A stretch of 62,725 bases of DNA, filler included, from Chrysochromulina tobinii (Eukaryota): the NCBI GenBank assembly GCA_001275005.1. It is 5 parts of 5 records of this genome, joined end to end, with 100 filler letters (N's around TTAATTAATTAA, not from the genome) between each part and the next. Parts side by side here need not be neighbours in the genome. Positions count along the whole stretch, not along the records: positions 16,317 to 41,070 come from JWZX01001314.1; 4 more parts are not named here. One strand, written 5' to 3'. Of the stretch, positions 17,668 to 26,943 are shown one piece after another; positions within the stretch are counted from its first letter, which is position 1; each line of letters starts with the position of its first letter. A program made the position numbers and the translations under genes. Under the pieces are notes generated by a model that was not told the origin of the DNA, searched no databases, and worked only from the letters and a program-made list of their open reading frames with translations.

Positions 17668-19077
17668 ATGCTGGCGCCCTTGGATGGTCGCGCTCTCCTG
17701 TGGGACTACGTGCCCTGGGAGCAGATGAGCAAGCAGCGGCGCGGCGTCATGTGGTCGTTGCAGCTCGCTCGTACACTCAATCGCCAGCTGGTACTTCCGC
17801 CGCTGCGCTTCTTGACTTCGAGCGACGCGAGGCGTCAGGTGGACGATCCTGACCTCGCCTATGACTATCGAGCGTACTCGCACGTCTTTGACATCGAGCC
17901 ACTGCGCAAGCTGCACCCAGTCGTAGATCTCCACGATTTTCTCCATCGCAACGACTCCAGCGGCAGCCGCATCCAGCCTCGCATTGACCTCATATTCTCC
18001 ATCCTGCGGGGAGTGTCGCCGAGACTCAAGGGCGTCCGCAAGCAGCTGCCACTTTGGGACGAGGGGGATTGCGCTTCATCGTTAACCATGGCAAATCCGG
18101 GCCAGGCCGATTGCGCCATTGAGGGTAGCGGCGAGGAGATCTGCGTCACGCCGGTTGCGTTCGCTGGCACGACCCTGAGGGCCCTGAATCATTCGTGCGG
18201 ATGGGCACCGGAGATGCGGTTCGATCGGCTACTGCAGGCGCGCGAGGCGCGCGAGCTGCCTGCCGTCGCCCTGCAGGGCATCATCTACCAGCTGCCACCT
18301 CCGAGCTCGATGCGCCCGTTGGCGGAGGCGCGCGCTCAGCTGGCGGCGGACGGCGAGGGGTGCGGCTGGCACTGCCCATACAACGCCATGCGGCTGGCCA
18401 TGCTCTACCAGCCGCGGTACACGGCCGCGGCTCGGCGTTTCCTCGAGGCTGTGCGCGCACAGCACGCGCCCGAACGCGGCGCCGTCGACGACGACGACCA
18501 CGACGACGACCACGACGACGCCAAAAACGACGACGACCCTGCGGCCTCCGACCGCGCCGCGAACGAGCTGCCTCGAGTACTACCTCGCGTTCTGGGCGTG
18601 CACTGGCGGCGTGGCGACTTCGCCATCCAGCGCGCCGGGCAGCACGAGACAGAGTGCTCGGACGTGGCAAGTGGCTCCGAGCTCAAGCCATGCGCAAAGC
18701 GCCAGATCATCCTCTCACCGGCCGAGCTCGCAGCCTCTATCCAACGGCACCTTGCCCTCCACAGCTGCCAGGTCGTCTTCCTCGCCACGGACGCGAGCTT
18801 CGACGAGATCCGCGAGCTCAACAGCTCGCTCAAGGGCACGCCACTCTTGCGCTTCGATCCGGCGCCGCTCCTCCCCCGCGCTGGCGCGGGCGAGGCCGAA
18901 GACGCGCGCGAGACACTACTCGACTTCTCTGGCAAGCCGGAGCGCGCTATCATGGACACCCTCATCTGTGCCTTCGCGGATGCTTTCCTCGCCACGCGTC
19001 TCTCGATCTTCTCGTGGAACATTCTCGAGGAGCGCATCGTGCAGGGCATGGCGGCCGAGACTGGACGCTACATGTGA
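17668..19077 (+). CDS. GDP-fucose protein O-fucosyltransferase family protein
   Basis: LNRQLVLPP, GVHWRRGDF, VFLATDA, MDTLICAFADAFLATRLSIFS. Confidence 0.8.
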   Translation: MLAPLDGRALLWDYVPWEQMSKQRRGVMWSLQLARTLNRQLVLPPLRFLTSSDARRQVDDPDLAYDYRAYSHVFDIEPLRKLHPVVDLHDFLHRNDSSGSRIQPRIDLIFSILRGVSPRLKGVRKQLPLWDEGDCASSLTMANPGQADCAIEGSGEEICVTPVAFAGTTLRALNHSCGWAPEMRFDRLLQAREARELPAVALQGIIYQLPPPSSMRPLAEARAQLAADGEGCGWHCPYNAMRLAMLYQPRYTAAARRFLEAVRAQHAPERGAVDDDDHDDDHDDAKNDDDPAASDRAANELPRVLPRVLGVHWRRGDFAIQRAGQHETECSDVASGSELKPCAKRQIILSPAELAASIQRHLALHSCQVVFLATDASFDEIRELNSSLKGTPLLRFDPAPLLPRAGAGEAEDARETLLDFSGKPERAIMDTLICAFADAFLATRLSIFSWNILEERIVQGMAAETGRYM

Positions 19078-19452
19078 CGGTGTGACGCCGCCGAGTCGGA
19101 GGGTGTGGGGAACGATGGAGTGCGTCATATTCTACCGGGGGTAGAGGATGGTTAGAGGCGTCGGTAGGTCATCAACCGCTTCGCATTCCGAGGCGAGGGG
19201 GGATGGGGGAGGGCACACCGGATCCCCAGGAAGTGTAATATAGCCGAGCACAACATCACCACGGTTCGCCACCGAAGCCGGCACACGCCAGGAGCAGGAG
19301 GGAGGAGGCGTGAATCACCCTCGCGTCGGTGTCTCGCACGGTCGTCCCTTAGTATACCTTAGATGCGTATCAGCAGCCATGATACAGTTCGAGTCAGAAA
19401 ATGTCTCAGGAATTGCAACATTCACACCCGCGTAGTGTGAAACCGCGGACTC

Positions 19453-19941
19453 ATGGCCAGCGGACCTGTGAATCCCGCCATGCTCGAGCGGCTGCTCGCG
19501 GCGAGCGCCAACTTTTCGGCGGCTAACCTTACGCAGAGCTTCATGACGGACATGCTCGGCTTCTACCACGCCGTCGACTGGAGCGAGCCGTGGTTGCGCG
19601 GGCTCGCCGTCTTCCACATCCTCGTGTGGACCATCGCGATTGCCTTTCGCCGCTGGGATAATGTGCAGATGCTGCTCCTAGTGAGCATCCTCGGCGTGGT
19701 GTACAGCGCCGAGACTCTCAATCGGCTCGGTGGCGAGCATTGGCAGCAGTTCGCCGGTCAAAACTACTTTGACAAGCAAGGCGTCTTCATCTCGGTGCTC
19801 TTCTCAGCGCCGCTACTCGCGTGTACCCTGTTCATGCTGCTGAACGCGCTGCGCTCGGCCAGCAGCCTGCTGATAAAGGTCAAACGCAAGGAGTTGCGCG
19901 CAGTGGCGCGTACGCGGCGAGAGGAGAAGAAGCAGGAATGA
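19453..19941 (+). CDS. TMEM18: Transmembrane protein 18
   Basis: AVDWSEPWL, LNRLGGEHWQQFAGQNYFDKQGVFISVLFSAPLL, basic C-terminus. Confidence 0.88.
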   Translation: MASGPVNPAMLERLLAASANFSAANLTQSFMTDMLGFYHAVDWSEPWLRGLAVFHILVWTIAIAFRRWDNVQMLLLVSILGVVYSAETLNRLGGEHWQQFAGQNYFDKQGVFISVLFSAPLLACTLFMLLNALRSASSLLIKVKRKELRAVARTRREEKKQE

Positions 19942-20306
19942 GGTACTGGAGACCTTGTGTGGTGTGGTGAGGGTGAGCGCGGCGACCCGCGGTACGGGCT
20001 GGTGTGGACCGATTCCGGGGGTCTTGGTTGCGATTCAGAGCGCACATGCAGGCCCTCGCCTTAGCCAGAGAATCCAGAAATCAGATCTCCCCGCGCCTCC
20101 CCCGATCCCCTCTTGGCTCGAACGTGGAATCGAATGTATCAGTGTAACACCCTGCACTCCCGCTCCGCGTCCTGACGTAGTCGTAGTACGTAGACGTGTT
20201 CGTCACGTGTTAAACAGGTGTTAGTATCGTGTTTGACAGGGCGCATGTGAGTCGAACGCACCACGAGAGCCCATTCGAAAGCCCATGCCAATTCCCATCT
20301 GCGCTT

Positions 20307-21647
20307 TCAATAGGGCTTCACGCGCCACTTCTCCTTGTCCTTTGGGCGCTTGATCTTCTTTGCCGCCAGGCCATCGTCCACCGCCGGCTCGTCGTCGTCA
20401 GGCGCACCCGTGGCTTCCTCGGCCAACGGCGACTCTTCCGTCGGCTTGGGCCCCATCGCCATCGCCAGCCGCGCCTCCGCTTTGCCCATAGCTGCGGCGC
20501 TACTCTTGGCCGACCGAGCACCAGCAGGCGACGGCGCGCCACGAGTCTCCCCAGGCCAAAGGCACACGACCCCATCCTCCGCGCCCGTCACGAACGTGGC
20601 ATCCGCTTGCACATAGTGGAAGGCGCGTATCCGATCGATGTGACCACGTGGACGCGATGCTGCCGGCATCGTGCCCACGTGGCGAATGCCGTCGGGGCGT
20701 ACCTCGAAGGTGCGCCCCGTGCCGTCTGCGTCACCTCCGAGCATGAGGAGACGCCCCGCCTTCACGTCCCAGGCACAGCCGACGACGTAAGCGAGGGAGA
20801 GGCTGCCCATCGCCGCGGTCGCCGCAGACAAGGAAGCCGCCGCCGAGGACGCCGCCACCGAGGACGCCGCCCTCGACGTGCTCGCTTTCGCCCCGGTGGG
20901 CCCATCAGTGAGGTGGTCGCTGGTCAAGTGTGGCACGAGGTTGTCGAACGACCCGAGCCGCTCAGCGAGTACCAGATTCCACAGCGAGATGGCGTCGGTC
21001 GAGGAGAGCGCCCAGGCGCATTCGCAAGGTGCATCCGAAGGCGCGCCGGCGCCGCAGAAGAAGCCCAGCGCCGTCACAGGGCTCTCCGTATTGTGGGTAC
21101 CCACGACTGCATCGTCCTCGTCGGTCACTCGACAGTCGATCTCGCACAGCAGCCCATCCATCGAACCTGTAAGGAGGCTGGGCGCCGCTGCGCTCCCTGG
21201 ACGGAATCGCACTTGTGTCACGGCCTCAGTGTGCACCTCGTATCGCGCGAGAGGCGTGGTCAGGCGGCGTACGTCCCACAGCACGACCGCCGTCTCCGTG
21301 CCCGTGGCAACTAGGTGCGCTTCCGGTTCAACGCTCACGCTCCAGACCTCACTGCCATCGTCGGCCGCCGGAATCTCCCTCACCGGAGCCAAGCATGCTG
21401 CCGACGGGTCCCACAAGCGCACACGCCCATCGGAAGAGGCAGAGTAGAGCGTGTGAGGCCCTGAGAAGCAGAGCTCGTTAATGCGGGCGTCGTGCGCATT
21501 GGCGAGCTGGTTGACTGCAGTGAGTGTGACGCGGTCGCGCAAGCCGAGAACTCGCTCACTCGTGGCCAGAGCGAGCAGCGCTGAATCTGCACAGCCCTCT
21601 ACGCAGAGCGCGAAGCCGGGGCCGACGTCAACGGAGCGCGTGGCCAT
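20307..21647 (-). CDS. WD40-repeat protein (WDR89-like)
   Basis: SASSDGRVRLWD, VVLWDVR, HTEAVTQVRF, TGSMDG, GHIDRIR, VTGAEDGVVCLW. Confidence 0.8.
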   Translation of the reverse strand: MATRSVDVGPGFALCVEGCADSALLALATSERVLGLRDRVTLTAVNQLANAHDARINELCFSGPHTLYSASSDGRVRLWDPSAACLAPVREIPAADDGSEVWSVSVEPEAHLVATGTETAVVLWDVRRLTTPLARYEVHTEAVTQVRFRPGSAAAPSLLTGSMDGLLCEIDCRVTDEDDAVVGTHNTESPVTALGFFCGAGAPSDAPCECAWALSSTDAISLWNLVLAERLGSFDNLVPHLTSDHLTDGPTGAKASTSRAASSVAASSAAASLSAATAAMGSLSLAYVVGCAWDVKAGRLLMLGGDADGTGRTFEVRPDGIRHVGTMPAASRPRGHIDRIRAFHYVQADATFVTGAEDGVVCLWPGETRGAPSPAGARSAKSSAAAMGKAEARLAMAMGPKPTEESPLAEEATGAPDDDEPAVDDGLAAKKIKRPKDKEKWRVKPY

Positions 21648-21899
21648 GATACCCGCAACACGGTCGGGACCTTGCAACAGGACCTCTCGCCGGCGCCGCG
21701 GCGCCGCGGCAGAGAAGGCGTGAAGGCGGCAGATGTTCACAGCCGGACAGGCTGCTCTCTCGTCTCTCCTCTTCTCCACAACCACTCTCAACCTTTTGAC
21801 GCGTCGAGACATCTTTGACAAAACAAAGTTTGAGGACTTAGTACTCGATAACGTTGCTCGCAGGCACCGCCGTGTTGCGCTTACCTCGTCTGAGAACTA

Positions 21900-23057
21900 T
21901 TATTCAGGGGCTTGCACAGGTCCAGCAGGATCATACACTGCTGCTGGCCGGGGCAGCCTCGTGCGCATGGCCTCGGGCGGGCTGCTTCCATAATCAAGAG
22001 TCGCGGCGCTGATCGCCGCGGCGCCCGCGGCGCTAATCCTCCCGCTGCGCGGCGGCGAGAGGAGGCGTGCGTGGCGTACGGCGAGCGATGAGTACTCGGT
22101 GCAAGCGCGCCCGAGCGCATTCTCCATCTGCTCAAAGTGATCGAGATCGGCCGAATGGGCGGCGCGGGTCGCCTCGAGCTCCGAGGCGAGCGCGGCCTTG
22201 TGCGTACGCACGCTCTGCAGCCGCTCCTCGAGTTTGTGCGCGCGCTCGGCGGCCTCCTCGCGCGCCTGCCGCTCACTTTCGAGGACCATCTGCACCTTCT
22301 CCTCGCGCTCCTTCGCCTCGTCCGCTCTGCGGAGCAGCACCCGACGCTCCGCCTCGTCACGCTGACGGTGGCTCCTCACCTCATTCGCGTGCACGCGTTT
22401 GCCGTGCTCGAAGGCCTCCTCAGCCTTCTGCTTCGCGCGCTCCTGGGCGCGGCGTAGCCGCGCGCGCGCCTCCGTCTCCAGCTGTGCCTTTCCCTCCTCG
22501 TAGCCCGCCTCCCAGTGCGCCGCCAGCAGCGCCTCTGCCTCGAGGTTGCGCTGCTTGGTGGCCGCGAGTTCTGCCTCGCTCGCGAGCAGCCGCTGCGCGT
22601 ACTTCTGGAGTACATTGTGCAGGTCCGATATCTCCGCCCTCATGGCCTCATGCTTCGCAGCATGCAGCTCGTTCGCCGCCTGCAGCGACGCGCATGTGCT
22701 CTGCGCGTTGTCGAGCGCTGCCCGCGCTTCGGTGAGCTGCTCCTCTACCTCGGCTAACGCGGGCCGCAACCGGCCGAGCTCCTCCCGTGCTGACTCAAGC
22801 TCACGTCGCTGCTCCTCGCTAATGTGCAAGAGCTCGTGGTACCGCTCGTTCACCGTGAGCAGCTCTTGCATGCACGCCTGCAGCCTCCGTGGCAGCGCCT
22901 CGCTTGGCCGGACGCCGGATGACGAGGGCCGCGACGCTGCGACGCACTCGCGAGCTAACAGCACGGCACGAGCGTTGGCCGAGTGCGACGACGACGTGGG
23001 CTGCCCAGCAGAACGAGCATGGCTGGCGGCGAGCAGGCGACAATGGGCTGGATGCAT
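21900..23057 (-). CDS. Coiled-coil protein, unknown function
   Basis: E/A/R/Q-rich heptad pattern over ~300 aa; start uncertain. Confidence 0.6.
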   Translation of the reverse strand: MHPAHCRLLAASHARSAGQPTSSSHSANARAVLLARECVAASRPSSSGVRPSEALPRRLQACMQELLTVNERYHELLHISEEQRRELESAREELGRLRPALAEVEEQLTEARAALDNAQSTCASLQAANELHAAKHEAMRAEISDLHNVLQKYAQRLLASEAELAATKQRNLEAEALLAAHWEAGYEEGKAQLETEARARLRRAQERAKQKAEEAFEHGKRVHANEVRSHRQRDEAERRVLLRRADEAKEREEKVQMVLESERQAREEAAERAHKLEERLQSVRTHKAALASELEATRAAHSADLDHFEQMENALGRACTEYSSLAVRHARLLSPPRSGRISAAGAAAISAATLDYGSSPPEAMRTRLPRPAAVYDPAGPVQAPE

Positions 23058-23655
23058 TGAAATGCCTCAATTTGTGAATGGAAACGTATGGAAGTGTGAA
23101 CTGACGGCCGTCTGTGGGGTCTCAGAGTCGACCTTCGCAACCAAACGCCACGGTAACGAGTCAGTAGGTTACTGTACCACGGAAGATGTTTCAACCTGCA
23201 CCGTGAACTAACGTGCTCGTGTGAAAGACAATCAGCGGAGCCATTTAAGGTCCAGCCGTTCAACCGGGGAGCGGGGGTGGCTTTCGTGGAACTCAAATGC
23301 GCTGTGTCTCCGTGCCTGACTCCGTGTCTCTGAATTGGGATTGTTTCGGAATATTAGCAGAGCCGTGAACGTGTGATTGCCAAACTGGCACCCCAGTCGA
23401 GTCAAGTCGAGTCACTGCGGGACGGGATCTAGCGACTGGATCTGGAGATCCGATGTACACCTATGTCCTATCTACTCACTACTTCGCTTTGGTGTGGCGG
23501 ACGTCCGCCGGTGTTCGGTTACTAAGACTCTACTAAAATGAAAATTTCGAACGCTCGCTCGTTATGTTGTTGTCTTTGGTTGTTGTAGATGTCCAGCGCA
23601 AGGCAGACATAAGCGTTCGTTGTCCTTCGTTGTCCTGCTAGTGCTACCCTACATC

Positions 23656-24912
23656 TCACTTGCAACACTGACGCGCCAAGAAGCCGTGCATGCGTGCTGC
23701 AGGAGCCACTTTACGGAAGGGATCAACGTGGCAACGGTACTGTTCAAGCAGAGTGCGGCAAGTCGATCGATCATAATGCCGATCGATGAGAGTCCAGAGA
23801 AACTTCTTCGATTCGAACTCGTTACCGTGGATCACATGGCACGGAGCGTCGCAATGGTGGAGTGCTCGGAATTGCGACGCTGCGTGCATGAGTGCAATAC
23901 CATTCGTTGATGTCTGCAAGTTCCAGCCACATGGCAGTGTATCTGCAACCGAGTGAGACGATAGTTTGGCGTCAATGACTTTACTCGCGAGTGGCGAGCG
24001 ATCCAGAAGGGGCGTGGATGCGAGCTGCTCACAGAATAGAGATTTACCGCCAGAGGCATTCTTGCTCATGTCGGAGAACAACGATTGGTCGGCCGTCCAT
24101 CCCAATTTTTCGCTCGTAGGGTCTGAGTGTCGTGTGAGCAATCGAGAATAGAGCTCAGAATGACGCAAGCCGTCCAAATCTAGCAGCAGTACGCCACTAT
24201 TGAAGCTGATGCCACCCTTGGAGTACACGTCGTGGCGCGACTTACTCTCCTCGACGGACATGCCGATGTGCTGGCCAGGGGAAAAGTGGTCGAAGTGTTG
24301 CCACAGCAGTGCAGGGTCGCTCAGGAAGAAGAGATCTGCATCCAGAAAGAGCACTCGCGGTATCCATTTCGGTAGGAGTAGGTGCAGGACATTCTTCCAC
24401 AGGTAGAATCGACCATTGCCCGAGGCCAGGGATGAAAGCTTTTGATGCATTTCAAGTGCGTCAGCGGGAGCAGCCAGCAGGGAATGCACATGCAGTCGGC
24501 CGGTAGTGTGCAGCGCTGATGTCTGTCCATTATAGCAAACTCGTCTCCGCATGTCTTCCGCGTCCTCGCTAGTCACCATGTGGTATACTGCTTGCATGGT
24601 GGTGGACCTCCGCTCAACGTGTGATATGGCTGCAAAATTGAACTGCGTTCGCTTGGTAATGTATTGCCCCTTGCCTATGGAAAGGTACGCGATGTGCATT
24701 AGCGACCGAGCGTCGAGGGGAAACTTACTTTCACCGCATGCAGCCTTTCCCAACGGCTGAACGAGGAACCTGGTTGGTGGCGGGCGGGACACGTTGCGGC
24801 AGTCAACGTGGATGAAATCGGTTTGCACTTTCTTGGCACGGCTCGCATTCGCAGAGTACAGCTGGAGCAGCACGAGCATGAGAGTGTGCCTGGTTGAGAC
24901 CACCATGATCAC
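23656..24912 (-). CDS. Glycosyltransferase family 8 (xylosyltransferase-like)
   Basis: N-terminal anchor; VLFLDADL (DxD), FNSGVLLLDL, ADQS, LPCGWNLQ, VIHGN; probable in-frame intron ~23944-24030. Confidence 0.82.
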   Translation of the reverse strand: MIMVVSTRHTLMLVLLQLYSANASRAKKVQTDFIHVDCRNVSRPPPTRFLVQPLGKAACGESKFPLDARSLMHIAYLSIGKGQYITKRTQFNFAAISHVERRSTTMQAVYHMVTSEDAEDMRRRVCYNGQTSALHTTGRLHVHSLLAAPADALEMHQKLSSLASGNGRFYLWKNVLHLLLPKWIPRVLFLDADLFFLSDPALLWQHFDHFSPGQHIGMSVEESKSRHDVYSKGGISFNSGVLLLDLDGLRHSELYSRLLTRHSDPTSEKLGWTADQSLFSDMSKNASGGKSLFCEQLASTPLLDRSPLASKVIDAKLSSHSVADTLPCGWNLQTSTNGIALMHAASQFRALHHCDAPCHVIHGNEFESKKFLWTLIDRHYDRSTCRTLLEQYRCHVDPFRKVAPAARMHGFLARQCCK

Positions 24913-25309
24913 TGATCACGTCGGCCTGGGAACCGTGAATTCCTCTTGTCTCGGCGCGCAGTCGGCCATAACAAGTTGACAACCCGACGAACCAAATTTG
25001 GGACTTGTCCCGGAGAGACTACAATGTACATTGTAATGTCGTGCGGGTGTGCTGGAGGGTTTGGATGGTTGTGAGGTTCGTCTGAGTGTGATCTGTGATC
25101 CGTGTGCCCGTGTGCGCCCGGGTGTGTCTCGTGTGTGTCCCGGCTCCCCCCCGGTGTCTCACCGTAAAAAGACAGTGTGGGGCCGTGGGGAGCCGGGACA
25201 CGAAGAAGACACAGGAGGCCGGTTCAAAAACACCGTGGCTTTGAACAAGTTTTACAATTCGACACCCGTTCACAGCGGGATTCCGCAGATCGAGAGTCGA
25301 TGAGCTGAG

Positions 25310-26797
25310 ATGCGCCCCACGCACATGTCCGCGGTCGCACCGCAACGCTCTGCGGCCGTCATTGGCGCGGGCCCCGCCGGTCTCCTCACGGCCATTATGC
25401 TCTCGCAGCGCGGGTGGGGTGTCAAGGTATATGACGCTCTGCCGCCACCACCATCGGCGGAAGACAACGATCTATGGTCTTCGGGCGAGCGCAGCTACCA
25501 GCTCGGCCTCAACGGTCGAGGTCAGCGCTCGTTGCGCGAGTTTGGCGTCATGGAGCGGGTGTCGCGCTACGCGGCCTCGGTCAACGGGCGGCTGAGCTTT
25601 GATACCAAGACGGGCGCGCCTTCTGAATCGCGTTTGATTCCACCGGGCCAACCGGGCGCGGAGAAGACGTATGTAACACGCGTGCTGCAGCGCGATCGGC
25701 TTCAGGCGTGCCTGCTCGAGGAGGTGCGAGAGCGCTATCCCAACGTGGCGGTGAGCTTCCAGGTGACATGCGACGGCGTCGACCTCTCCGGCGAGCGGCC
25801 GGCGGTCACCTTATGCCCTTCGGCCGAGACTGTTTCCAGTCAAGAGGAGCTGGAAGGGTGTGCCGTGCCGCCTGTCGGGTTGACGGCCTTTGACCTCGTC
25901 GTGGGCGCCGACGGCGTGCGCTCGGCCGTGCGCGAGGCGCTGGCCGCGTCGCCGGCCACGAGCACGCGCCCGGTGCGTTTTGAGGACAGGAACGCTCGGC
26001 GGTACAAGACGCTTGCGCTGCACCCGAGCGCCGTACCCGGCACCTCGTCGGACCTCAACTGGGGCTGCCGCAACCGCACGCTCGACCTCGGCATGGATGC
26101 CCTCCCGACAGTCGATGGCGAGATGGTGGCTGTCCTCCTCTTCAAGCCAGGCTCGGCCGCGTACAAGGCGATTGAAGGGCTCCAGACGGCGTCCGAGGCG
26201 CGCGACTGGCTGGCGGAGGCGCTGCCGCCTTTGCTCCCGTACGTGCGTGAGGCTGATCTCGAGGCCTTCGTGGGGCGCCCGATCTCACGGCTGCCCTCCT
26301 TTCAGCTCGTCGAGGGTGACATCCACGCTAGGCTAGCGGCGGGCGGCGTCGTCCTCCTCGGGGACTCTATCAAAGCAGTCAAGCCCTATTTTGGACAAGG
26401 TGCCAACTCGGCGCTCGAGGATGTGTCAGTTCTCGCGCGCTGCCTTGCCGCGTGCTCTGATGAGCCCGCCGCCGCCGCCGCCGCCTTCACCGAGGCACGC
26501 GCCGAGGACGCGCGCGCGCTCGTGCGCACCTCGCGTGGCTTTGACGGGCGCGGCCCTCTTGGCACGGCCCGATTCCTGATGCCACTTCTTCTCGACCTGC
26601 GGCTGCACGCGCTGCTGCCGGCCGTCTTCACGCCGCCTATGCTGCGCGGCCTGCAGGACGAGCGCAACACCTTCACGGGCTTGCGGCGGCGCAAACGGCT
26701 CGAGCGGGCGCTGCTGATGGTGCTCGTCGGCTGGGCGCTCCTCGGCGCGCGGTTCGGCGTCAAGCTGTGCGCGAAAGCCCTTTTGGGAGCGGGATGA
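25310..26797 (+). CDS. FAD-dependent monooxygenase, kynurenine 3-monooxygenase-like
   Basis: VIGAGPAG, RSYQLGLNGRG, VGADGVRSAVR, LLGDSIKAVKPYFGQGANSALED. Confidence 0.85.
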   Translation: MRPTHMSAVAPQRSAAVIGAGPAGLLTAIMLSQRGWGVKVYDALPPPPSAEDNDLWSSGERSYQLGLNGRGQRSLREFGVMERVSRYAASVNGRLSFDTKTGAPSESRLIPPGQPGAEKTYVTRVLQRDRLQACLLEEVRERYPNVAVSFQVTCDGVDLSGERPAVTLCPSAETVSSQEELEGCAVPPVGLTAFDLVVGADGVRSAVREALAASPATSTRPVRFEDRNARRYKTLALHPSAVPGTSSDLNWGCRNRTLDLGMDALPTVDGEMVAVLLFKPGSAAYKAIEGLQTASEARDWLAEALPPLLPYVREADLEAFVGRPISRLPSFQLVEGDIHARLAAGGVVLLGDSIKAVKPYFGQGANSALEDVSVLARCLAACSDEPAAAAAAFTEARAEDARALVRTSRGFDGRGPLGTARFLMPLLLDLRLHALLPAVFTPPMLRGLQDERNTFTGLRRRKRLERALLMVLVGWALLGARFGVKLCAKALLGAG

Positions 26798-26943
26798 GAT
26801 AGTGTTTGCATGCATTCTTTTTTTCATGGGACCTATCCGGAAACCGAAATGCGAAAAAAGGGACTCAAATTTTTTCGGTCCGGCTAGGCGCTAGCGCTAG
26901 GTAACGCGCTCGGCTCCACAGCCTGGCGAGGCTGTAGGCGGCT

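Noticed and set aside
4438..26797. Biosynthetic cluster linking PKS-NRPS with glycosyltransferases and monooxygenase
   Set aside because: Different contigs; adjacency is artificial.
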